A DNA stretch of 64,000 nucleotides from Phoronis australis. Taxonomy: Eukaryota > Animalia > Phoronida. The position numbers and the translations under genes were made by a program. A model generated the notes under the pieces. It did not search any database, was not told the origin of the DNA, and was given only the letters and a program-made list of their open reading frames with translations. Shown piece by piece: positions 25,807 through 37,725 of the stretch. Each line of letters opens with the position of its first letter. Position 1 is the stretch's first letter. The stretch spans positions 49,271-113,270 of the forward strand of contig NMRA01000869.1 of NCBI GenBank assembly GCA_002633005.1, in the 5' to 3' direction.

Positions 25807-26013
25807 GGACCTGTTCTAACAAAACTGACTTAGCTAAGACAAATCTTAGTATTAAAACCGTTTCAAGAAAGAGTTCTTAAGTTTGACTTAAGTTTTTGAC
25901 ATAAATTTTGTATTAATTTTGACTAACTTACTCAATGTTTCAAAGTTTGGAATTAAGACAAATCTGAAATTTAAGTAAAAAATGAACTTAAGTCAGTTTA
26001 TTGGAACAGGTCC
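25807..26013. mobile_element. PIF/Harbinger-like MITE
   Basis: CTG|ggacctgttctaacaaaactgactta ... taagtcagtttattggaacaggtcc|CTG: TIRs with a 3-bp CWG duplication. Confidence 0.68.
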
Positions 26014-26099
26014 CTGTACTGTATTTGACAAGTGTTAGTATATTTTGGATGAACTGTCGAGGGTTGGATTATAAATTAAAAAGAAAATGTCTTCAGTTA

Positions 26100-28993
26100 T
26101 ACCACACCATTTAAAATATTCTATTTATTGTCTTCAAGGCACGCTTTACCAATGATGCGTAATATATAGTGAAGTCACAATTAGGCTTAGGTTGCTACTT
26201 AAGTCATGAAACACGGAACTCCAGAGGTGTCCATGTTCTATTGATAACAATTTTGAATAAGACGTCAAAGGTCTTCTTACAAACAATATAAGAGAATTTG
26301 TGGGGGATAAAATTTCGCATTGAAAATGTGTATAACAACTTTAGTATTACTTTATATGAACCTAATGAAGACAAACCGACTTTTAAAAGGTAGGCCTACT
26401 ATAGAAACCTTTACATGGTTCAATCAAGAGTTTGATGTTCTCTGTGGGGACTATGTAGTCCAGAATTACGATGCTGAGTTTTCCAATTATGTGCATAATA
26501 ATGCAAAATCGAATTTAAGATTTCGATCTGAAGAATTCATTTAACCTAGTCGATGCATGGAGAGTAATACTAGAATCAAAGTTTCCAGTGGTTTAAAAAA
26601 ACTCAAAATGGTTAGATTGTATTCTTCCCTTGTAAACGAAGATCTTCTGAGCACTGTACTAGGTAATGTAACGTATAAACGGGGTATAGAACGAATCACT
26701 CAAACATCTTTCTTACTTAAAAAGGGTAGTGGTTTTGGCGCTTTATGAACTCTGTTAGGAGACGCCCAGGTCATAGCTGGAGGTAATACAGTGATTGGAT
26801 ATATTGTTTGTAAATTCCCTTACAATAAGTACCGCTTTCTTATGTGAGGTACTTACAGCTGATGAGTGTGGGTTTGCTTACGACCACGTTGTGTCATATT
26901 ATATAACAGCAATGACGTCACATCTTATGGTGTGAAAAGTAAGCAAATTAAAACAAAACCGCCCCAAAAAGAATTAATTTTAAGATTTAACCTTTTTAAG
27001 TTTTGTTTCATATGAGAAAATACCTGTTTGGGAGAAATCGCTGCAGGATTGCAATACTTAATTCAAATAACGCAGAGAAAAATGCAAAAAGGTTTGATTC
27101 TCCGCTCCATCTGTAAATTAAAAGGGAAAGTAAAAAAAAATCTACGAAGTATTTTTCTCCAATCTAGCAAAGTATTTTGATGAAATAACAATTACTAGAA
27201 TAATTAAGTCTTCGGTTAAAGTTCTGAGGAACCGAAACGAAATACAAAACTTCTATCAGTATTTATATTCTTTTCATTATCATCTACAAGAAAGTTTAAA
27301 ATTTTGAAAATTGAAAATGTTAAGAAGATCGGTGTTGTGGATAGAACTAGACTAGATTATGATATTCGTTTATAAGAAATGGATGCAGCGCTAAAAGGGT
27401 TAACCGTTGAATTTTACCAATATCTTTGGAGCGAGTTACTTTACATTTTTTGTTTAGATTATTTAAATATAGATTTAAAAAACTCCTCCTCATTCACAGG
27501 TACAGGAAGTAATTAAATTTTTACCAAAGCCAAAAGCCCTGCAATTTTGAAAAAAATGGTGCCTTATTTCTGCGCTAAGTACAGCACACATCACGAATTT
27601 TTGGCCGACCGGTCGGAAATTGGTCGACGACCGGCCGTCGACCGGTCGGCAAATTAGCCGACCGGTCGGCTAAAAATTAGCCGACCGGCAGCCGCCCGCA
27701 GTGCCGACTCATAAGGCGACCCCACAGCCGACCCTTCAGCCGATAGTCGGTGGGCCAAATCTCATAGCGTTCATCCTTGTGAGTACTTTGGGGGGGCAAC
27801 CTAGTTTTTTCTATGTGGCTAGATAATATAACTAAAAATCAAATTCCAAAAAGTTCCCACGTCTACACTTGCACATTTTTTTAAAAAAAGGTGTTTTTGT
27901 TGCACAAAATATGATGCATATTCTTGCCACTTGATGGCGCTTTTCTAGTGAATTGACCAATCAGAGAGCCAGATTGTATTGTTGTGCTTAGTTACTTCAA
28001 TATGGCTGCTCCCATGGAATGTGATATCTGTATAAGTCAAGGTTTATCAAGCAGCACAAAATTGTGATGTCAGAGCCTAAAGAAGCTTAGGAAAGCTTCC
28101 TGACGAAAGCTGATTGACTGTGGAACTCTGTAGATCAGTAGATCAAGAAAAAGAAGAGGTGTCACAAACGTTTGTGCAGAAAACAGCTGCATGTCCTGGT
28201 AGCCTACACAGTATTTTTTGCTGAGTGCTATAGACTAGAATACCAAGTGTCAGACCAGAAAATTGAAAGGACATAGAACGGCATAGCAACGTTTCAAGGC
28301 ACCAACAGTAGTACTAAAGCTGAAGTTGCTGAAAGTGATACAGATGTTATCCAAGATTTCCCAAGAAAATCAATGGCTTCCAAAATCTGAAACACCCAAT
28401 TAACCTGATCAAGATAGGAACATTCTGAAACATGAGTGCATCATTTGTTAGCAGGAAAAGTACATTATGGGCCACATTTCAAGAANGCAGAGAAAATATG
28501 TAAAAGGTTTGATTCTCCGCTCCATTTGTAAATTGAAAGGGAAAGTAAAAAACTACGAAGTATTTTTCTCCAATCTAGCAAAGTATTTTGATGAAACAAC
28601 AATTACTAGAATAATTAAGTCTTCGGTTAAAATTCTGAGGAACCGAAACGAAATACAAAACTTCTATCAGTATTTATATTCTTTTAAACATCATCTACAT
28701 GGAAGTTTAAAATTTTGAAAATTGAAAATGTTAAAAAGATCGGTGATGTGGATAGAACAAGACTAGATTATGATATTCGTTTAGAAATGGATGCAGCGCT
28801 AAAAGGGTTAACCGTTGACTTTTATAAATTCCTTTGGAGCGAGTTACTTTACATTTTTTTATTTAGATTATTTAAATATAGTTTAAAAAAACTCCTCCTC
28901 ATTCACAGGTACATCAAGTAATTAAATTTTTACCAAGGGCCAAAAGCCCCGAAACTTTGAAAAAAATGGCGCTTTATTTCTGTGCTAAGTACA
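26100..28993 (+). mobile_element. Decayed L1/Tx1-clade LINE ORF2 (endonuclease to RT start), partly duplicated and interrupted
   Basis: Broken frames give SHETRNSRGV (cf. SHGxxxSRGVAIL), VLCGDY, KGLILRS..FFSNLAK, GLTVDFYKFLW and IKFLP...KKWR, typical of Tx1-like ORF2. Segment 27072-27583 recurs at 28487-28993 after the 'n' at 28486. Confidence 0.68.
27582..27760. repeat. GC-rich array of ccgaccggtcgg palindromes; probable DNA-transposon end
   Basis: Several ccgaccggtcgg/gccgac motifs. The array begins exactly where the two LINE duplicates diverge (after ctaagtaca). Confidence 0.6.
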
Positions 28994-29949
28994 TGTATAA
29001 ACTAACACGTTCTATCCTAAAGTTTAGCGTATCAACAAAACGCCCGATTTCTCCACATGTGTTAGCGTTATGCGCTAAACCCGAGAGATATGCTTAAAGT
29101 GTTTTAGCACGTGAAAAACAGACTAAATTCCATTATCCAAAGTGGTTCTTTGCCACTCAAACAGAATATAAAGTCTATGAATGTTTCCGGTTGGTTCGTA
29201 AACATTTTGAATTTCTGTTAATTTGAAAGCATTTTCCCTTTAGCCTCAAATTTCAAAAAAAAAACGATTTGTCAAGTGCTCGACACTTTGTCGACTTTTC
29301 TCCTACACGGCAATCCCGGTCTCCTTATTTAGTATGACAAGACATAAACGTAACACCTTTCTCTCATTATGTTGTGGAAGAATGTGACTTCTGACCTTTG
29401 ATGTAAACAAGGGCGAGTTCAAGCCGCGGCCAGTCCGACTTCTTTGAGCGCATGGGCTCATATATATTACTACGGTCGAACACCTTGAAAAACCACTGGC
29501 ATGCAAAGTTTTCGTTTCGTCTATATTTCAAAAACTAGTGGATCTGACTTTTCTCTAAGAACTCTTGCAATATTCAAAGTGAATAACACTTACGTTAGCA
29601 TCCCCAAGAAGTAGATTCGCCACAATCTGTTTGAAATGTATTTTTACAAGTTTTCGCGGTTGATGCCTTTTAAAGGTTGTAGTGGAGTTAAAGACATCCT
29701 TTTTGGAAGTCGCGAATTTAAAATAAAACCTCAGCATCACTTAAAAATTGTTGCATCTTTTGGACCAATTCGCAAACTTCTCTGGTCTCAAATTCAATAA
29801 AGATATTAAGAATTTATCAGGATCGGTTACATAAAATAGAGAACGTCAACCCCTGAGTGTTCAAAAACATTAAAATGATCGATCCAAACCTAACTTTTCA
29901 ACATTAGGAATTAATGCCAATAAAGATTTATATAAAATTATTGATTTAA

Positions 29950-30927
29950 GAGGCAGTCCATATAAAAACCAATAGATTTTCAAAAATCAGTCTATACGTC
30001 AAAATTTAAAACAACTTCATTTTTTGTACATGGGTAGGTATTCCAACAAAAACCCAAATGCCAAATTTTGAGCACTCAATGACCCCTAATTTCGCCGCTG
30101 GAGCATGAAAACACAAATTGGCACAATTGGGCATATTAGCCGTTTCAAAAATCGCATGTTTTCAGCAACAAAAATGAGTAACATGCAAAATTGATCAAAA
30201 GCTATATTTTGGTGGCTGAAATAACCAACGTATACTGTGCATAATTCTGTGTCATTTATTAAAANAGTGCAATGGGCCCACATGCGAGGCCTGCGCACGT
30301 CTGATACAACGTGTATCAGACCGCCTGCAATTATTTTTTTTTATATGTGACGTTATGAACATACAGTTAAAGAGTTAGTCTTGATGACTGAGTAATAAAA
30401 AATCTTGCCTCAACTTTGCACTTTAGTGAAAATTGTCTTGCAAAATTGTCTATTTTCATAGTTTGGAAATGACGAGCAGAGTTTACAGACCATTTGAACA
30501 AACTTTTAGGCAAGAAGTCTGCTTTAAATAGTTATAGAAACCAAGTCTAAAGTTTTTCAAATGAAAACAAGATGTTTTCCGGGTTTATTACGCGGCTAGT
30601 ATCAAAACTGAATCCGATGACCTTTGTCCACTGAGGGAGTCATTTGAGGTTTAAAGCTTGAGGATTTATAAAAAATATACGTGTAACCCTCTCGTATTCT
30701 TTCATTTCTTTTACATAATCAGGTTAATTTAAACACTCCGTAGAACTTTTGAATGGAAATAAATGCCTTTAAGATTAAACGAGTAAGAATTGATATTTGT
30801 AATGACTGGTTTTGAGAGAAGCAAGTGCATTTTAAAAAGACAAAATGACAGACGATGTCGATGGGCCTTCATGTTCCTTTAGAGTTTATTCTTCAAAAAA
30901 TCACAAAAGCTTTGTGCTTTAGTGAGT
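29950..30927 (+). mobile_element. 5' fragment of the Sola3-like element
   Basis: TTAA|gaggcagtccatataaaaacca start. Colinear with 61294-62302 apart from a foreign patch at the 'n' (30265). Confidence 0.75.
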
Positions 30928-31159
30928 CACAAAGATTCTGTAAGGGTTAAGGAGATATCGCCTCGCATGCAAAACAAAAAGTCAGTAGCTTCATATCATA
31001 GGACCACATCTGCCAAATCTCATTGAGACCCTGCAAGGGGTTAAGGAGATACTCTACCGTATGCCGGATGCCCAGACAGAGACGATGGCATAAACTGCAT
31101 TCGTGACTTAAACCACAGGATTTTCCCGTACCCTTTATTTTGTTTGCAGGTCTAAATAT

Positions 31160-31362
31160 TCATACAAACACCCGGACAGCTCCATAGGATAAAGTGTAAA
31201 CATCCTTGACAACCCAATTACCTGCAGGTTCTGTGTCCAAGCCATCATCCTCGATCTGGTCATACAGTTCGTCGAGTTCTGACGATGACCTATTCAATCT
31301 CCTCTGTTGGCATGTGATGGGCTCAGGCAGTACTATGGTAATTGGCTTTTCCGTATTTGCAC
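31160..31362 (-). CDS. Orphan tyrosine-motif protein, second coding exon (terminal, or internal ending at donor 31221)
   Basis: tttcag acceptor, phase 1, in frame with the upstream exon. GANTEKPITIVLPEPITCQQRRLNRSSSELDELYDQIEDDGLDTEPAG. It either splices at G|gtaatt (31222) or reads on to TGA at 31160, with AATAAA at 31134-31139. Confidence 0.65.
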
Positions 31363-31819
31363 CTGAAATGTGGATTCAAACATCTACTTATAACAATTCT
31401 TCCCTTATTTCACCCAAAAATAATTACTAAAATGGTCATTTTTACGTTTTTCAATGGCTGATTGCTGTTTTACATTGAGAACTCCAGCGAATGTTGTTTT
31501 GTGATATCTACACACTGCAAAGCATGCTTAAAATAGACTATTGAATGTTCTTAATCTGTTTACCCTAGCAGAGAAATCTAACAAAACAAACTTTCACTTG
31601 TTGGCCATAGTGTGTGCTCAATAGGTTAAGAACTACTATACCATGACCCAGACAACAAAACCATTGGAAATCATCAAAAATGACACAGAATATTTCACTG
31701 AGATGTCGATGATGCCAGTGCAACAAAATCCAAGAATATTCCAAAACCACAACATACGCATGAAACACGTGCTTTGTGAGAAATCTTCACAAGAAGAAGT
31801 TCCATTTGTGTTCGCTCAC

Positions 31820-32540
31820 CTGCCTTGGTATTCTCCTCGGGAACAAATGCGTCATCGTAAAAAATTTCGTCCGGAATCGTTCTACCATCCTCACTTACTC
31901 CTGTTCCTCCTGATGCCAACAACGGGTTGGCTACATCGTCGTACTCCCCACCATCATCGCCAGGTGGCGCTGTAATTATGTCACCCTGAGAAACAGTTAC
32001 ATCAGAGCCACTACCATCTACACTAACACCCGATGTACCAATGACATCATCGTATGTGTTGCTACTGTCCCGCACCATATCTTTGCTTGTAACTTGTTCA
32101 CCTGAGCTTGAACCCTGTTGATACGTTTGTGGCGATGTTCTGTCTATTTTAACACCATTTCCCAAAGATTTCATGGGAAGTACCTCGGTACCACCACCAT
32201 CGGGAGTGTCAACATTCGGTCCTTCAAGCTTTAGAGCTTTACTTGCATCGTCATTCCCATTGGAGCCCTGGCTTTGATCACCGGTGTTTCTATGTGAAAG
32301 TTCTGCCTTGTGTTTCCTGAAAATGTCTTCATTTTCATACGTGTGGGGTTGCGACGTCCGAGGTACTATACTTGACTTGAGTGTGGTCACAGCAACCTGG
32401 TCAGATGATGGTATCAAATCGTAGCTTCCTGTTGTCGAGGCCTCCAGGCTGTTGACAGAAGACTGCGCTAGTGCTTTTTCAAGTTCAATCTCCATCTTGG
32501 CATCATATGAGAGCCTCGACAGGTCACCACTGGTACTCAT
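31820..32540 (-). CDS. Orphan low-complexity protein with YDDV/YDxx motifs, first coding exon
   Basis: 240-codon non-repetitive frame. In-frame TAA lies just upstream of ATG 32540. Acceptor tttaacag at 32591-32593 and G|gtgag donor at 31819. Motifs YDLI, YENE, YDDV x2, YDDA. Confidence 0.75.
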
Positions 32541-32704
32541 GATTTAGAAGTTGTTCTCACTCCAACAGTGACAGATGATGAGAGCCCATGCTGTTAAATA
32601 CAAGAGACATGATGAGACAGAGATAAGAGGGACTGTGATGAATAGCATGGTTATGGTTTACAATCTGATTGCAAAACCAGCCATTTGATATCAGTATTTT
32701 CTCA

Positions 32705-33490
32705 GAGGTAGGGTGGCCTAGTGGATTGAATGTTTGCCTCCTGTTCACAAGGTCATAGTATGAAAAATAAATCAATTACTGGACTTACGGATTGAGATAG
32801 CTACGTTTTACCCTCATCTCGAGGACTTCGGCAGGCCGCTGAGATGTCACGTGACTCATGTGATCGATAGCACAGTTTGCGCGGAATACTCTCTAGTGCC
32901 CTATCCTAAGTTTTTGGTAACAGGAATCTCAGGCCCCTTGTCTGTTTAAACTGGGATTCTCCACTCTCTCATATATAACCCCCTTAACCCCTCGCCTGAA
33001 CCAGTTTTCTTCCCTATCTAAAATAGTGACATCCTCCATGGAGAAAGAATGGTCCGAACTAACCATGTGGGAGGATACTGCCAAATCATAACAATCTCCC
33101 ACATGGCTGGTACGGACCATTCTTTCTCCATGGAGGATGTCACTATTCTAGATAGGGAAGAAAACTGGTTCAGGCGAGGGGTTAAGGAGGCTATACATGA
33201 GAGAGTGGGGAATCCCAGTTTAAACAGACAAGGGGGCCCCGAGATTCCCGTTACCAAAAACTTAGGATAGGGCGCTAAAGAGTATCCGGCACAAACTGTG
33301 CTGTCGACCACATGATGAGTCATGTGACATCTCAGTGGCCTGTTGAAGTCCTCGAGAGGAGGACGGAACGTAGCCAACTCAATCCGAAAGTCAAGTAATT
33401 GATTTATGTTTCATATTATTTACTCAACTGGATGACTCAAAATATTCATCATATTAACACAAGGTCATAGGTTTGAATCCCACTGGACCC
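32705..33490 (+). mobile_element. tRNA-derived SINE head split by a Penelope insertion
   Basis: A box tggcctagtgg (~32714) and B box ggtttgaatcc (~33470) are separated by the insert. A related intact head is at ~51919-51989 on the minus strand. Confidence 0.62.
32759..33457. mobile_element. Penelope-like (Poseidon-type) fragment: inverted pair of GIY-YIG C-terminus plus pLTR
   Basis: HSFSMEDVTILDREENWFRRGVKEAI..PSLNRQGG occurs on both strands as inverted arms (~32759-33072 and ~33099-33416). Tail ctggatgactcaaaatattcatc. Flanked by the 13-bp repeat cacaaggtcatag (32746-32758; 33458-33470). Confidence 0.85.
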
Positions 33491-33659
33491 CAATGCTACA
33501 CCCTCAGGCAGCACCCTATCTCCTCAGCTCTGTCTTAATTGGTGGGTATTATACCATTTGTGTATATTAATAAGTGGAAAAGGATTAAGGTGTTCCGAGC
33601 AATCAGGGACGGGGTTGAGTGGCCTCTGAATATTTGATGCAACGAGTACATGACGGCGT

Positions 33660-34046
33660 TTTCCCGTTCAGTGACTTTACCAGACGTAGGGGGTTCTGAG
33701 CGTGTGATAGCATCTGGCTTCTTTGTTAACTGCCAAGCGCAGACTTTTGTCTGTTATGACAACAAGTAGGCCAGTTATCTACCAGGCTTATTACAGACCA
33801 TGCGTGAACACCGTCAAACCATAGTGAATTGATACACTCCGAAAGAATAGGTTATCGTAACTTCGGTTGCAGTTGGGCTATTTTGGCGATTCAAAAACAA
33901 AAACATGATAACCATTTGATGAAGATTTCAGAAATTCTATTGGTTTATGTTCAAATATGTTATAACTTAACTTTTATTTTTAACAGCACAGCCCAGTCAG
34001 GTTAGGTAGGATCTTATCGAAGATTAGAGCAATTATCGAAAAAATG
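33660..34046. repeat. Unclassified interspersed repeat (inverted copy ~51447-51735; partial copy 14834-14930)
   Basis: Shared ttttgtctgttatgacaacaagNaggYcaRttatctaccaggcttattac and aacttcggttgYagttgggc blocks. Confidence 0.7.
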
Positions 34047-35451
34047 AGAGCTGGCCCTCCAACTACGAATGTCAGAATGGAATTAATCAGTCATGTAAGA
34101 TATTGGCTACAGGGGTAAACTTCCCAACTTGTTGTTGGGCTATGGAATCGAACAAGTTGGGAGCAACAGGAAATGAAAACGCTGTCATGATCAGACTTAC
34201 GTACTATATTTTAGTATTGTTTCAATCCTCTCATTACATGAATTCAAAAATGTACCAAACATATACAAATTGTATCTTCTTAGTTTTAAAATTAATTTTT
34301 TGCTGCAGTATTTCATGGGCTGACTTGAAGATTGCAGATCAGAAGAAAATAGAGTGCCCTTAATATTGGTAAGGGCTAACTTTCCTTACAACCACTAGGT
34401 GGAGCTCCAGCTCTTACCCGCCAGGACACCAGACCCCACTACGAGAAGCCAAACAACACGTCATCAAATCCATGACATTCCGTGAATTCGCCTACCAGTC
34501 CGCCATGTGGATGCTCAAATTTCAAAGTTAAAATAAACAAAATTTTACAATTTCACAAACTTGCCATTGTAGCATCAGATCAACATGCAAGTAATGTCTT
34601 GTGTCTGTATTATTGTACAACTTCTTAACTTCGCTGTGCAACCATTGGAACCAGCTTTATGTGGAACAGAGGAGTTCGAGAAACTTTAATTAAAAATTAT
34701 AATATTCTAGGTTTAATAAATGGGTTCTATTGACAAGTCTAAGAGATGAAATCATAAAACAAAGCAATATCACCAACAGACAGGACTATTGATAAGTTTC
34801 AGTGGTGAAGTCATAAATCAACTCTTAACCTAAACATTTTACAGCTGCATACTGACCACAGTTAAAACAATTACTGCATATCAATTGCATAGCCGAAATG
34901 TGTAGAACAACTCAACAAGCAAAAACAAACACATAAAACAGACTTTGTCAACTGCATATTTTTTGAACAGAAGTATCTGTTGTGAATTGATCAATAATGT
35001 CGACGGAATCAGCGTGACGTAGAAATGAGAGCACGCATGGGGCCCCCATCTCCACAGCAACGTGTGGAGAGTACTGCTAAAACACTGATTGGCATGACAA
35101 CCTGAGGGACACCCGTCACTCAGTATCCTTCATTGATCACAACAGCAATCCTTTCATATTTAGTTTTCTCCACTTGTTAATGGTTGTCAAGTGTTTAATT
35201 GATGAGCTATTAAGTACAAAGCAACAATACATTTCATTATTGTCTACCTGAGATATGGACAACAACTGTGTTTGTCATGCTGAGACGACAGAATAACAGT
35301 CATTCCACTCTATTTTGTTTTTTTTTACAAAAGATACAGTACACGACAAAAGGAATCGGAAAAAATACCGTTTTCTCCGTCACAACGGTTTAATTTCGTT
35401 AACAGCAAAAATAACGGGTAATAATTATGAGGGCCGCAACATTCTAATTAC

Positions 35452-36330
35452 AACAAGAGCAACGCAGAGTGCTGAAATGCGCCCACAAATGCATCGCAAA
35501 TGGTGTGCTTTTAGAGTTGCTTATTTGTGTCACTCATAAAAATGGTCACTAGATGGTACAAAAACATATAATCCGTCCGAAAACGGGAACATGTCATTGC
35601 TTCTTTAATAGAAAGCTTAACACCAAATTTCATAGAAATCAGTCATGGAACTTCAGAGAAACAAAGGAAAACAGAATGAAATGAAATTGCCACTAGGGGG
35701 CACAGTGTTCATTGGATGCGCCTGAAAGTCGTCATTATCTGCTGTTAGCTTCATATAAATGAACTTACAAAATTTAATAAAGATCCTGCAGTGGGTTTAG
35801 GAGAGGCAGCCATGGGCGCAAAACGAAACAAAACTACCACTAGGAAGCGCCAGAGTAGTCAAAGTTGTCATCATCAACCGTCCTCTTCAAACTGAGAACA
35901 TATACGCCAATTTTCAAAACCATCCTTAGAATGATTTAGTTTGTAGAGAGGTATACGCCAAAAAAAAGCAAAAATGGCCACTTGGAGGTGCAAACTACGT
36001 TGAATCCATTTGAAAACGGGAAGATACCGTCGTCTTACTAATAGATGCCTATATACCAAATTTTATGAAAATACGTTGAAAACCTTTGGAGATAGAGGTA
36101 AACGTAAAAAACTAAAATTGCCACTAGAGGCATACCGGTAGTCGGATCCATCCGAATGTTGCTTCATGCCGTTCCATCAATGAAAGCAACACATCTGCAA
36201 AATTTCATGAACATGCGTCAAACGGTTTTGGAGACAGAGCAGCGGACACCAAACGGACGCTGGACAGCCTTCGCCCAGACGCAGTTGACGGCATAATGCG
36301 TCCACATATAAATATGTGGGCGCATAATAA
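35452..36330 (+). mobile_element. HINE-like element, copy 2 (further decayed copy ~36720-37303)
   Basis: Same AACAAGAGC start, atgcgcccac subTIR and 3' hairpin atgcgtccacatataaatatgtgggcgcat as 632-1642. Confidence 0.72.
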
Positions 36331-36332
36331 CG

Positions 36333-36480
36333 CTTAGCCACCTTAGTAACTTTCTTGTTAATTTTCCTTCATTTTCGGTCAGGAAAGAAGTACTTTGATA
36401 ATGTATATGGCTCCCACCCAGGCATCACAAAGGGAGTTCTCAGTCATTTTGTCAGAATACTTTTGACTTGCAGTACAAAC
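36333..36480 (+). repeat. Unclassified interspersed repeat (second copy 54887-55032 in an AGXT intron)
   Basis: cttRgccaccttaStaactttcttgtYaattt...cattttcggtca...ttttgtcWgaatacttttg in both places. Confidence 0.7.
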
Positions 36481-37644
36481 AACATCAAAGTAGTAACAAT
36501 AGTCAGATCTATCCAAACAATTGCTCTCTCTCTTCATGAAGACCCCTCAAGGAACTAGGCAGGTATTGAGGAAAACACAACCAAACAAAAATTCCACTAT
36601 GTGGTGATATAGTAGTCGAAACTGTCTGAAAATTAACAACAGTCGTGCTCTCATTAAAATAATCAAGCATGGTAGATCCATCGAACACCTTTAACACAAA
36701 GTAAATACAATAATTGAAATTGTCACTAGAGGACGCGCCACAGCAGATCTGATTGAAAATTAACGTAAGTATATACTTGTAGGGAAGCAGGTGTCTCCAA
36801 GACACAAAAATACCAAACAATGGTCACTAGCGGGGGGGGNTCAGTAGAAACACATTTGCCACATTTCATAAAAATCCATCAAGGAACTCTTGCTAGATAC
36901 AGAAACAAACGTAAAAAATAAAACTGCCACTGGAGCCCACAGCAACAGTAGTAATTAGAAAGCGAATGAAAATGATGATCCTATGATCCTACAAGGAATT
37001 TGGAAAATGTACAGGAGACACCAGACACCAAACGGCCACACAGAGACCACTGTAATATGTATTTATGTTCGGAATATGTCCCGAAAATAATAGGTGTGTC
37101 GCAAGCTCCGTTTCCAGAGATACAAAGGAGACCGTGTATAGGCGATATAAGGTAACTTATTATGACTGATAAGGTACAGAAATATGAGTGTACAAATAAC
37201 ATAAAGATAAAATAATAATCTCTGGAAAGATGGGCAATAAAAAGCGCCACGAGAGATGTTGAAGACGGCTCATGCCCATATCATATATGTGGGCACATTA
37301 AAAGTGAAAAGATCAATTTGCCTGCACTTCGTGGGATTTTACGTATGCTGGTTAGCACAATAATTGTATCCCAAACTTATCATTGTAATCACATGTTTTC
37401 TTAAAACACAAGGAAGATAAACAACTGTATAGAGAGGCAAATTCACTTTATCCACAGGTAGAAAAACTGGCGCAAACGATTATGGTATACAGCAGGCAGC
37501 TGAAATCCTTGGTAACCACAGAAACTTATGAATATGTCAATCTCAACATGGCGTTGAAAATATGTTGCAAACATTTGAGTCGTGTCTGCCCACAATCTGT
37601 TGGCCACATCACGTGACCTAATGAATATAAGTTCGAAAAGATTT

Positions 37645-37725
37645 CTGCTCCGACCGGGACTCGAACCCAGGACCTTCTGCTAACCGTGCAGATGCTCTAC
37701 TGCTGCCACTGAGCCATCGGGACCA
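37645..37725 (-). repeat. tRNA-derived SINE head or pseudo-tRNA
   Basis: Minus strand ggtcccgatggctcagtgg..gtagagc...ggtcctgggttcgagtcccggtcggagc has A and B boxes, but the D-arm carries an insertion and the cloverleaf is imperfect. Confidence 0.6.

Noticed and set aside
37645-37725. Functional tRNA gene (also 51919-51989)
   Set aside because: A/B boxes are present but the stems and D-arm are disrupted; treated as SINE-derived.
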